A DNA stretch of 64,000 nt from Callorhinchus milii (Eukaryota): contig NW_024704743.1 of NCBI RefSeq assembly GCF_018977255.1, positions 75,332,001-75,396,000 of the forward strand, in the 5' to 3' direction. Below, one piece after another: positions 1 to 11,650 of this stretch (position 1 is the first letter of the stretch; every line of letters begins with the position of its first letter). The notes beneath the pieces are model-generated. The model did no database searches, was not told the origin of the DNA, and saw only the letters and a program-made list of their open reading frames with translations. Made by a program: the position numbers and the translations under genes.

Positions 1-1539
1 TAAAGTTTTGAAGCAGAAAGATAACTTATCAATGGTTTGGGCCCAAATTGTGCAGAAATTAAACATAATTTTAAAAACAGAAGTGGTTGATAAAGCTTGC
101 TATTTGTCTATATGCTGTAGCAATTATTTTATTATTTAAACACTGTTAAGAGAGAAACCTTTCAAACTTTAAGATGTATGTAACAATTGAGCAATATCTG
201 CTTTGCAGATTTTGTGATTATTGAGTGAAAAATGTAGAATCATAAACCTTCCCCTGTTCGATGTGTTATCTTTCACTGCGTGTTACATGCAATCATTCCA
301 TTTTGCAATTGTACCAATATTTTGAAACCACAGTGCTGTAAGATCTATAGCAATGATATCAAACATTGAGAATATACCTAACTCATATTTCGCCCACAAA
401 ACATACATAAACAGTATATTCTGCGAAGTGCTTTGCGACATCTCGAAGACATGATCAGGCGCTATATCAGATGCAATGATTATCTTTATTATTATAACTG
501 AAGAATAATTATAGTAATGATACAGACACCTGGCATTAACTGGTGTAGAACATCGCAGGCATTCGCAACAACAACAACTTTCACTTATATAGTGTCCTCC
601 ACGTAGGGGTAGCATCTCAGAGCCCAGAGAATATCCAAGAGAATATCCAAGATCTTGGAAATTAAACATAGATTTCTATATACAAATAATTATTTGTTAA
701 ACATAAGCCTGAAATTCAACCTAATTTTAACCTATAAAGGCATTTTGTGATAACTTTTAAGATCACAGTGAATTGTGACATACTCTTAAATGCAGTTAGC
801 ATTTGGAAACCACTTATTTTTAGGAACTCTGGAAATAAACTTCCAAATTAAAAGCAAATTTCAGGATTTTCCACAATTCTGTGCGATCAAAAATTTTAAG
901 ACAAAAAAGTCTTACTGACTATGGCAAGGAGGAATTTTACTCCATCTTTTTTAAATAAATGGCCAATCTGGTTTTGTATTTTTGAGAAGGGCAATGTAAT
1001 ATTTCATAATAAAATGAAGGGAAATTAATGTGTTATCCAAAATATGTGATTGCTTCTGTAATTGCAAAACCCAGTTTACTGTAATTCTCATTTAATGGGT
1101 TACGAATGATAAGCTCCTCAACAAAAGTTCCTGCTTCTTAGAAATATCTTAAACAGGTTGTAAAGTAAAAACACGTGTTTTACCACTTCAACGACATGCA
1201 GCCATTTGTGACAAAACAAATTTGACTAGTTAGTCATTTCATAAACAGGTCATCATCAAGGTCCAGGTTTTGACTTCAAACCATAAGCATACACATTTAC
1301 CTTGTAGAGGAACAAGAAAAGGCAAAATCTAAACTTCCACGTAATAGCAATAAGGAACTGTAAAAGGGAGAACCAAAACTGTTGCAAATTGTTAATCACA
1401 ACAATGTTCTTTTGAAGAAAGAATGAGCCACATGGAGTTACTGACTGCATTTAGTAATCAAATTAATCTTTAGGGCTTTTGATTCCCTCATTATTAATAA
1501 TGATATGTAATAGTAAATAATCCTTAAATTAATATATTT

Positions 1540-1838
1540 TGGATGAGACATTAAACCGAGGATCCATCTGCTTGCTCAAGTGGATGTTAAAAATCCCATG
1601 GCACTGTTCGGAAAGGGAAGGGAATCTCTCTCAGTGTTCTGGCCTGCAATCCCCCAAAATAAAATTGGTCACTCACTTCATGGCTGTTTGTGGGCACTGC
1701 TGTGTGCAAACTGGCTGCTGTGATTCGTCCACAAAATACTCAGTCAACCCACTTTACAGTATATTCTGTGAAGCGCTTTGAGACATCTCAACAGTGTGAT
1801 GAAGCGCTATATCAAATGTAAGGATTATTACTATTATT
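1540..1838 (+). mobile_element. Deu-domain SINE (SacSINE1-like), 5'-truncated
   Basis: gatgagacattaaaccgagg...ttaaaaatcccatggcac...gctgtttgtggg...gctgtgtgcaaactggctg body, L2-like tail and (tta)n end. Confidence 0.8.
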
Positions 1839-1839
1839 T

Positions 1840-2215
1840 TTTCTGATAGAGCACCTTATCAGGTTGCCAAAACATCACAAAAGCGCTTCGTAGGATATAC
1901 TGTAAAGTTGATTAGCTATGTATTTCGTAGGCGAACATAGCAGGCAACAACACAACAGCAACAAACAGCAATGTCCCACAAATATCCATGAAGTGAATGA
2001 CTGGGACATCCTCCTGACATGAAAGGCGCTCTATAAATGGAATCTTCTTGTTGTTGTTGTTGTTGACTGATTTCATCCAAGGTATTTTTGGCCAGGGTAA
2101 TGGAAGAAAACTTCCTTCTCTTTTTTGGAATAGTGCCATGGGATCTTTAATGTCCACCTGAACAAGCAAATGGCACTACAAAGGTCTGCACTTCTGACCA
2201 TACAATGCACCTAAG
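1840..2215 (-). mobile_element. Deu-domain SINE, tail-to-tail with the previous copy and interrupted by a 60-bp L2 tail
   Basis: Reverse complement of the same body (gccatgggatctttaatgtccacctgaaca). Confidence 0.7.
2004..2063 (+). mobile_element. Extremely 5'-truncated L2 3' end with a 6-bp target-site duplication
   Basis: Matches the L2 terminus at 7003-7064 including the (ttg)n tail. Flanked by tgactg at 1998-2003 and 2064-2069. Confidence 0.8.
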
Positions 2216-2310
2216 GCAATAATAATAACAAAAAATTATATTTATATACCACCTTTCATGTCAGGCAAACATCTCAAACCCTTTCAAACAGCTGTCTCAG
2301 AGGTCTGAAT

Positions 2311-3585
2311 AAGTACATAAGAAATGCTGGATGAGAAAAGACCAAGACCCGTCGAGTTCGCCTTCCACCTTCCTGGCAGTCGCACGCACATATTTCCCAA
2401 ACTACCTATGTGCTATATCCCATAATGTTATTTCCTAAAAGAAAACTATCTAGTCTGTGTTTGAAAGAATCAACATTTTTGCTACCACCGTCTCCCTAGG
2501 GAGCCTGTTTCCACAGGTTCACAATATGCTCACTTAAATAGTGTTTGTGTAGACTTGTTCTGGATTTACCGCCCCCTTCAATTGCAACGTGTGTCCTCTG
2601 GTTTTACTATTCTGGACAAGTTGAAACAGCCTTTCATGATCTATATCGTCTTGACCCTTTAGAATCTTAAAGACAGCAATCATGTCACTCTCAATCTTCT
2701 CTTTTTCAGCGTGAACATGCTTGATTTACTTAGTTGCTCCTCATAGTTCAGTCCTTCCATTCCCTCAATCATTTTGGTTGCCCTCCTCTGTATCTTCTCG
2801 ATTTCTCCAATATCCTTTTTGTTCTGCGGTGACCAAAACTGTACACAACACTCTAAGTACGGTCTCACCAATGATTTATACAATGGCAGGATTACCCCAC
2901 TATTTCAGTTTGCTATTGATCTTTTGATACATCCCAACATCTGGTTTGCTTTTCTCATTGCTTCAGAGAAGTGTTGGGTGAGCTTCAATTTATTGTCAAT
3001 CAGGACCCTCAGGTCCTTTTCATTTTCCATATATATTTGTTTTCCTTCTGTTCAAATAATAGTCCCTTCCAGGATTTTTTGTCCCCAAGTGAAGCACTTT
3101 ATATTTCTCCATGTTGAATTTCATCTGCCACCAATCTGCCCAATTTCCAAGTGTGTTCAAATCCTCCTGTAACCTATCTTATTCAGCTTTGCAATCTACC
3201 ACCTTCATTAGCTTGGTGTCGTCTGCAAACTTAGCCACTGTGCTTGCGACTCCTAGTTCCAGATCGTTTATAAAAACATTAAACAAAAGAGATCCTAAAA
3301 CAGACCCTTGTGGAACTCCACTGGTAGTACTTTCCCAGTCTGATGACGTTTCCTGTACCACCACCCTCTGGGTTCTTCTGATCAACTAATTGTGTATCCA
3401 TTGTAATATACCGCCACTGATTCCCGCTTTCTTTACTTTCAGTTGCAGCCTCCCAAGAGGAACTGTATCAAAGGCCTTACTGAAATCCAGATATACAACA
3501 GATATCCACAGCCTTACCCTTATCAAGCTCCCTTGTCACACAGTCAAAGAAAACCAGTAAATTAGATTGGCAAGACCTGCCTTGC
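2311..3585 (-). mobile_element. CR1 LINE, 5'-truncated and disrupted RT/C-terminal part
   Basis: ORF pieces [21 protein letters not shown]...KFADDTKL and YKSLVRPYLECCVQFWSP, ending in a cttatg-type tail. Confidence 0.92.
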
Positions 3586-4394
3586 TACAAACTGAGCCAG
3601 GCTGACACTTGGCTGACTGCTACCAACTGAGCCAGGCTGACACTTTATAATTATTACAATAAACACGTTATGAAATGTCATACATTTTATTCCAATTCCA
3701 ATTTATTCCAATAATGTAGCATTATTCAATACTTTCCATTCGATTGGCTGTTGAACTCTTATTCTTCTTATTGCAATCTTCATTACTTTACCTGTTCTTT
3801 GACACGATTCATTCAGCATTGTTGCCTATTTAAGATTTCACAGATTTTAAGGCTTTTTCATTGATAATCTCAGACACATCTCCTATCTTTGCAACTAACT
3901 GAAAGAAAACAATAAGAATAATATTTGCATATGATATTGTGTACTTCAGATCGGGAGGACAAAGCACTTCACAGGGTATACAGTAAAGTATAGTGATTGT
4001 GTGTTTGTACATAGCGTGTTCGTATTTGTAGTTAATAATAAATAATAATCTTCGCAATTGACATAGTGCCTTTCATATCGGAAATATAATAATAAATAAT
4101 AATCCTTGCATTTGATGTAGTGCCTTATCTCGTTGTTGAAATGTTTTAAAAATACACTGTAAAATTAATTTACTGCATAATTTGTGGGCAAAATGTGTCA
4201 GTCAATTACATGCAGCAGTGTCCTACAAACAGTCGTGAATTGAGTGACCGCATTTTAAAAAAGGGATGATTACACCCAGAAATAATCCATCAGTCAACTA
4301 AGTGCGAAGTAAAACCCAGTCATAGTTTTCCCTTTGAATTGCTGTATTGCTCTTCAGGGACACACTCTCCTCCTCCTCTGTTGAAAAGTGTCAG

Positions 4395-4457
4395 AACTGC
4401 TGAAATGTTGACTCACTTTCCTTTCTCCATAGATGCTGCCTGACCTGCTGAGTTTTC
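4395..4457 (+). mobile_element. Penelope-like terminal repeat fragment
   Basis: gaaatgttgactcactttcctttctccatagatgctgcctgacctgctgag matches the Penelope termini at 27814-27860 and 58117-58170. Confidence 0.75.
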
Positions 4458-7064
4458 GCAGCTCTCTCTGCTCTGATCGCCTCATCATCCTGGGCGACTT
4501 TAACCTACACTTCACACCCTCCTGCTCCATCTCCACAGACTTCTCTTCCCTGCTCTCTTCACTCAACCTCTCCTTACACATAAACTCCCCCACTCACAGT
4601 CACGGCCACCCACTCGATTTGGTGATCACCCGGGGCCTCAGTGTCTCGGATGTCACTATTACCGACAAGGCCATCTCTGACCACTACTTCATCTCCTTCA
4701 CCACCTCCACCCCCCTCCCCACCTCCACCAGACCCACCACCATCTTCTACCGCCCTTGGAAGAAGTTACCCCCACAATCCCTAACCGATGCCTTGGAGTC
4801 CTCTGAACTCCTCTCCCTCTGGCCTTCAACCCTCACCGACCCCTCTTCTCCTCTCTCCCTCCTCCACAATACCCTCTCCTCCACACTCGATACTCTTGCC
4901 CCCATCACTTCCCGCACTGTCTCCTACTCCCGCTCCTCCCCCTGGTACACCACCCACCTCCGCTCACTGAAAAACCAGGTGCGGGCTGCTGAACGCACCT
5001 GTGTCAAATCTGGCCTAACGGTCCACCGACAAATCTGGCTGGACCTCCTCAAAATTTACCGCTCCACTCTAGCCTCGGCCAAGTCGTCCTTCTACTCCAG
5101 GATAATCCTGGAGGCGAAGAACAACCCCAGGCTACTGTTTTCCACCACAACCCGACTCCTCCGTCCCCCCCGCCACCCCGCGCAGGTCATCTCCTCCAAC
5201 CTTCACTGCGAGGAGATGCTGGATTTCCTTGAATCCAAGATCAAGGGAATCCGCTCCGCGGTCACTTCCCCTCCAACTTCCACCCACCACCCACCCCTTC
5301 CCTCCCACACTCCGACTCCTACCCATCCTCCCCTACACACCTTCGTACCCGTTTCCCCACCCTCTGTCACTGAACTCATCCTATCCCTAAAACCAACCAC
5401 CTGCTCCCTTGACCCCATCCCCACTCCACTCCTTATCTCCCAGCTCCACTTTCTTGCCCCACATATCACTGACATCATCAACCTGTCCCTCTCCTCTGGC
5501 TCTGTCCCCATTCCATTAAAAACTGCCATCATCACGCCCACCCTGAAAAAACCCTCCCTTGATGCGTCGCAGCTATCAAGCTACCGGCCCATCTCCAACC
5601 TCCCCTTTCTCTCCAAGGTCTTGGAAAGAGTTGTCGCCTCCCAACTGCGCTCTTTCCTTTCCACCCATTCTCTTTTCGAACCCCTTCAGTCAGGTTTCCG
5701 TGCTGCCCATAGCACAGAAACTGCCCTGGTCAAGGTCACCAATGATATCCTGACCATCTGTGACCAGGGCTCCCTCTGTCTCCTCGTCCTCCTCGACCTA
5801 TCGGCAGCATTCGATACGGTCGACCACGCTATCCTACTCCACCGCTTGTCCTCCCACCTCAACCTTCAAGGCACTGTCCTTGAATGGTTTAGGTCGTACC
5901 TTTCTCACCGTCTTCACTTTGTCTCGACGAATGGCTTCTCCTCCACCCCCCGTACTGTCTCATGTGGTGTCCCTCAGGGCTCTGTCCTCGGTCCCCTCCT
6001 CTTCACCCTCTATATGCTCCCCCTTGGTGACATCATCCGCAACATGGGTTAACTTCCACATGTATGCGGATGACACCCAACTCTACCTTTCCTCCTCTAC
6101 TCTCAACTCCACGACCACCGATGTCCTGACAGCCTGCCTGTCCGACATCGAGTCCTGGACGAGAGACAACTTTCTTCAGCTCAACGTGCGAAAAACCGAG
6201 GCCCTCCTGATTGGCTCACGTCAGCGCCTCCGCACCTCAGGCGCTGACACCATCAGCATCCAAGGCTGCACTCTCCACCTCTCAAAGCCAGTCAGGAACC
6301 TCGGCGTTTTGTTCGACCCTGAGCTGTCCTTTCTCCCTCACATCCGCACCACAACTGGCACCGCCTTCCATCACCTCCGGAATATCGCCAGACTACGGCA
6401 CTACCTCACCCCTCACGCTGCTGAAACCCTGGTTCACGCCTTTGTCACCTCAAGGCTGGACTATGGGAACTCTCTCCTCGCCGGCCTTCCCGCCACCTCC
6501 CTCCACAAGCTGCAGGTCATTCAGAACTCTGCAGCTCGTGTACTGTCCCGCACCAGGCTTCGGGACCACATCACTCCCACCCTCGCTCGCCTCCACTGGC
6601 TCCCCATCCCCCAGAGGATTGATTTCAAGATCCTCATCCTCACCTACAAGGCCATTCACGGCCTTGCTCCCTCCTACCTCTCCAACCTACTATCCCCCTA
6701 CCTACCTGCCCGTACCCTCCGTTCCTCTGGCTCCGGTCTGCTCCACGTCCCCCGCCCCAACCGCCCTACCATCGGTGGTCGGGCCTTCAGCCTCTCAGCC
6801 CCCAGGCTCTGGAACTCCATCCCCCAGTGCCTTCGCCGCTTCCTCCCTTTCCTCCTTCAAGGCCGGTCTCAAAACCTTTCTCTTTGACCGTGCCTTCAGC
6901 TCCCCTCTCGACTCTCTTCCCCCTCCTCGCTCCCTCCCTTCCCTCCCCTCACCCTGACCATTTCCCCCCTGCTCGGGTCATGACCCAACTGTGCAGCGCC
7001 TTGGGACGTCCTCCTGACGTGAAAGGCGCTTTATAAATGGAATCTTGTTGTTGTTGTTGTTGTT
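4458..7064 (+). mobile_element. Young L2-clade LINE, 5'-truncated within the endonuclease domain, with nearly intact ORF2 (APE C-terminus and RT)
   Basis: [20 protein letters not shown] (APE); [51 protein letters not shown] (RT). Frameshift near 6040-6050; (ttg)n tail. Confidence 0.97.
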
Positions 7065-7099
7065 TTTAAATCTCCACTGTGATGTCCAAGGCTGAATAT

Positions 7100-8245
7100 G
7101 TGTGCCAATGCTTTCTGGAGTCACCTCAGTGGGACTGCACTCGCCTGGTTCGAGTCCCACCTCACAAACCGCCAGCAGTGCTATCTGCACAAACGGCTTC
7201 TCCTCCCACTCTGACCCGATCACCTGCGAAGGATCCTTACCCCAAGGATCCATCCTTGCACCCTCCTCTTTCTGATCTACACGCTCCCTCTTGGGGATGT
7301 CATCCGCAGACATGGGGTACATTTCCACATGTATGCAGATGACACCCAACTCTATTTTTCCACCTTTCATTGCGACCCCCAGTCCCCTGATGTTCTGTCA
7401 GCCTGCCTGTCAGATCTCAGGGGCTGGATGAGCGCAAATTTCCTTCAGCTGAATGTTGACAAGACAGAAGCCATACTCTTTGGCTCTCGTCAACATCTAA
7501 AATCTCACGGCTGTCACCTCATTCACCTACCCAACCTCCCCTAAAACTCTCCGAACCCGTACGCAACCTAGGCTTCAGGTTCGACCCCCAATTATCCTTC
7601 CTCCCCCACATCCGGTCCCTCACCAGAACCGCTTTCTTCCACCTCTGATGCATCGCCCGTCTACGTCAATACCTCTCCCCAAAAGCCGCTGAAACTCTGG
7701 TCCATGCCTTTGTCACCACTTGGCTGGACTACTCCAACGCCCTCCTTGCTGGTCTCCCATCCACTACCATCCATAAAATCCAAATCATTCAAAACTCTGC
7801 CGCCCGCATTCTCACCCGCACCAAACTCCGCTCCCCGATCACCGCAGTCCTTGTCAGACTGCACTGGCTGCCTGTCCCAGAGAGGATCGATTTCAAGATC
7901 CTCACCCTTGTATTCAAGTCCCTGCATTCCTCTGCACCCCCCTACCTCTCTGACCTCCTCTCTCCTCAAAACAGTACCCGTTGCATTCGTTCCTCCAGGT
8001 CTGGCCTCCTCCTTGTCCCCCGAGTCCTCCGCTCCGCCCTCGGCGGCCGTGCCTTCAGTCACTATGCCCCAAGGCTCTGGAACTGCCTTCCTCACTCCCT
8101 TCGCCTCGCTCCCTCCCTTCCCATTTTCAGGTCTCTGGTGAAGACCTTTCTTTTCGACCACACCTTTGGTCAGCTTCCTCCCCCTCCCCCGACTCGATCC
8201 CGGGATCCATTACTGTGAAGCGCTCTGAGACGCCGTCAACTTGAA
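7100..8245 (+). mobile_element. Older, degenerate L2 LINE 3' portion
   Basis: YADDTQLY and NFLQLNVDKTEAILFGS, with several stops and frameshifts. Confidence 0.9.
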
Positions 8246-11200
8246 CTGACCCCATTGTCAGCTCTGCTAAATGTAGATTTTCACAGTTTTACGAAGTGAA
8301 ATGTTACATTTGAAATAATTATATACAACAGCAAAAATGGGCAAACTCTACTGTCCTGTTAATACATCCCTCACTGTGTGAGACACTGGAGATTGAGAGA
8401 GGAATAAAAAACTTGTACCGTGTCTTTCACATACAATGAATGACTGATAAGAGAGAAAATGCAGAGTCGTGATTTCGGGATGTAGAGATAGATGCTGTAC
8501 TCTGGATTGAGAGGATTTTTTTCTGCTTTCAAATAGATTGTGGGCCTTCATTTTATGTTCAAAGGTAATCACACTGTTCCGCTGTCTGTGCTCCCTGGGC
8601 TACATACCAGTTTGTGGCTAGGTGGGCTGAGTAGGTAACCTAATCCTCATGCTGCTCTGAACTAACTGGTGAGAGGTGACTCAGCCTCCATGTTTTAGCC
8701 AGGCAGCAATCATACGCTCAAAACATTCCAACATCGTAAAGATTAATGTGTGTTACATTTCAATGTTATTAACAAGAAGACAATATCATTATGAAGTTTT
8801 TTTTTAGCTTGTCTTATATGATTTTACATTTTCCACAAATATTGCCTGTTTCTCTGTTGAAGTATTTGAGGGAAGTTTCAGCTTGTCACAGTTTCGATGA
8901 ATGTCACAAGGGGAAGTGGAGCATGTGATTGTACTACCTTCAGCACCAACAGATGACATTACATAGCAACAAACTGTTCTTAATTGCCCTATCTCTGAGC
9001 AACTGTTAGTGGAGGCCTTCACTTCCCATTTACAATGATATTACCTGCATTGAAGTGAAACACATCCTGAGAGTATTGGTATGTCATAAAAAAACTTAAA
9101 GTTTATGTAAGATGCTATAAAAAAGAATGTGTGTGTTGAGCTTCAACAGAATTACTGTAATGTAAACAGTGAAGCGATTCATAAAAAACTGAGGAAATTA
9201 ACTTTCAGGAAAATATTTTTAATGCTTACAAAGAGTTAACAGTTTGTTCTTTGGTACATGATCATATTTTTAACACAGTGAAGGTTAGTGTGCCATGAAA
9301 TAAGAGCGCTGTGCAAGGTAGGTTATGGATCACTGCAGTGACACTGCTCTGAGTCTTTAGACGTTTCCGTGTTTCATACACAGCAACATTCCACCCCATC
9401 CTCAGTGATTTATATCACTTGCTCTAATCTGTTCTTAATGACCTTCTGAACATGAAGTCTTTGTGTAGTCATAAACTAGCTGTTGACAAGTGCATCTGCT
9501 ACTTTTGGTGTTGGTGCTGTTGTTCCATGATGGATTGTTTTTTCCCTCACCGGCTATCCATGGAGAAACAGAATGTGATTTTTCCCAGTACTGAATGTGC
9601 CTGGACCCTATTTGGTGTCAGATCTCCTGTTCCCTCCTCAACAAATTACTGCCATCCAACGAATGTGAATGCATGATGACCTGAGAATACGAGGTCAATG
9701 ATAGTCAGATCTATCTCCCAATCTCCACTTCTGTTATTTCAGAATTTTTTAATTGAGAAACAAAATTCAAAAGGACTTGCACATGCACACGATGCGTCCA
9801 TGTGCTGTGCACACTCAAACACTTTGAGATGTCCTACCAGTGTGAAAGACGCTATATAAATATAAATTGTATGGTATTTTGTATGTCATTGCATAATTCT
9901 TGCAATAATGTTACACGTGGAATGAAAAATAGATATACCAGAATTTTGACTGACAACAGAATAGCAGTAGTTAGGCTGGAAATGTGCCTGTCTATCAAGT
10001 GGCTTTGCTCTCGGATAATTTTCCCAGGTCATTGTGAATTTTTGATGAATGAACAAAGCTCAGGTGCCAGCGCCTCCCCTAAAGCATTGTCCTAATATAA
10101 AAATTCTAATGATTAGTTTCCTTGGAAATATTTGAATCATTGATTGCTGAGTCCTGGGAATTTAGTGCCTTTTTTTCTAACTTCTGAAAGCTTTCGGGGG
10201 GAAATATGAAGCACATGAAGTGATTATTAACACTGGTGATAATTATTACATCTCCTACCACTTATTTTCTCACCTCGTCAGTAATGTTTTGTTGACAAAA
10301 GTGGCTCCTTGAGTTTTATGTGGTGTCGACATGTCTGGGGAACCAGTTACTGAATCAATCATCGGATTTAGTTGTGGTGGCCTTTTGACATCAGGTTTTC
10401 CTTCCCGTGAGGACACAGGTGTTTCCAGAACCTGGTGTTGTCAATAGATTTGTTAGCCAATATCAACCAGTCGTGACAACACAAAATTCAGTCAACAAAA
10501 GATCAACTACTTGTAAACAGGCTAAATTGGGGGAGTGGGGTATTATGTGACTTGATGGCTATTACCGGCGATATTACATCACACACCATGATCACCCCCT
10601 TTCCCCTCCCCAACCTTGGATCAATTTATCAAAGTTGTCAGCCCAGATAAAGTCAGTCAAGAAAGAAATTCATATTATTTTCAATAATATGAGGTCTTCT
10701 AAGGTACGGCCACTGATCTTGAAGCAGGAGACGGGATTGAAGTTTTTTACATTGCTTCATCAAAGTTCTTTAATGTAAAATATTAAATTGTACATGCCAT
10801 TTCTTTACATTTTCACCTCCATGTTGATTTACCTGATTTGGTCTAATTTCACAAAAAATGATATCCTCTCCTGTGTCAAAGCGTGTTTGAGTAATTTTTA
10901 CTTCTGTGGGTGTACTGTTCCGCAGATGAGAGACACTCTCTGCTATGTTACTCGAGTGGTCATTATTAATGTGTCAGGTTTGGCAACTTATTTGACTGCA
11001 GGTAATATGTCAGTCAGGCCCTATCTGTCTTCACCTGCAAACTGTCCAGTGTGGTGCTCTGAAAAGCAGAAGGAGAAGCAGCCCTCACCGATTCTTTCCT
11101 CCCTAATCTTGTAACACTGATATCAATTGTAGCCTCAGTTGCTGTCCTGGCTAGGATGAGTTAACCAATGATATAACCTGTAACCTAGTCTGTATTCTTG

Positions 11201-11347
11201 TCCTGCCCCGTCTTTATCCGTTATACTATGAAGGAGAGTTCTACGAAACAATTATTCCATTCTTTAAAGGTATTTTGACATTTGGATTTAATTCTGTGTG
11301 TTCTTCTATGACTGATATTTCTAAACAGATAATCATATTATAAAATA

Positions 11348-11650
11348 AATAATAATAATCCTTGCATTTGATAAAGTGCTTTTCACATCTTCTAGATGGC
11401 TCAAAGCGCTTCACAGAATATTCTGTAAAGTGAATTGACTGTATATATGTAGGCGAAACATGGCAGCCAATTGCACACAGCAGTGTCCCATAAACAGTCG
11501 TAGATTGAAGTGACCAATTTATTGTTTATTTTCTTGAGGGATTATTATCTGGCGTGTGGAGTAAGGAAACTTGCCCAAGGTTTAGCCCAATTGGGAATCG
11601 AACCCAGGTCTCGCTCGCTAGGTGAGTGCTCTAACTACTGAGCTACAGGA
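11348..11650 (-). mobile_element. tRNA-head SINE with partial CORE-like segment and Deu/L2-type 3' half (SINE2-1_CM-like), full length
   Basis: A-box and B-box head (tcctgtagctcagtagttagagc...gggttcgattcc), ccttgggcaagtttccttactccacacgcc segment, (att)n tail. Confidence 0.88.

Noticed and set aside
3792..3812. ATG AAT CGT (MNR) as the MAK start codon
   Set aside because: It continues VKEQ rather than YTT...GDGTYG; no kinase motifs were found anywhere in the window.
6211..8244. Long Pro/Ser-rich or Gly-rich ORFs here and at 14043-14412, 33320-33840, 38206-38859 and 45563-46336
   Set aside because: Alternative or antisense frames of C-rich L2 sequence with few stop codons.
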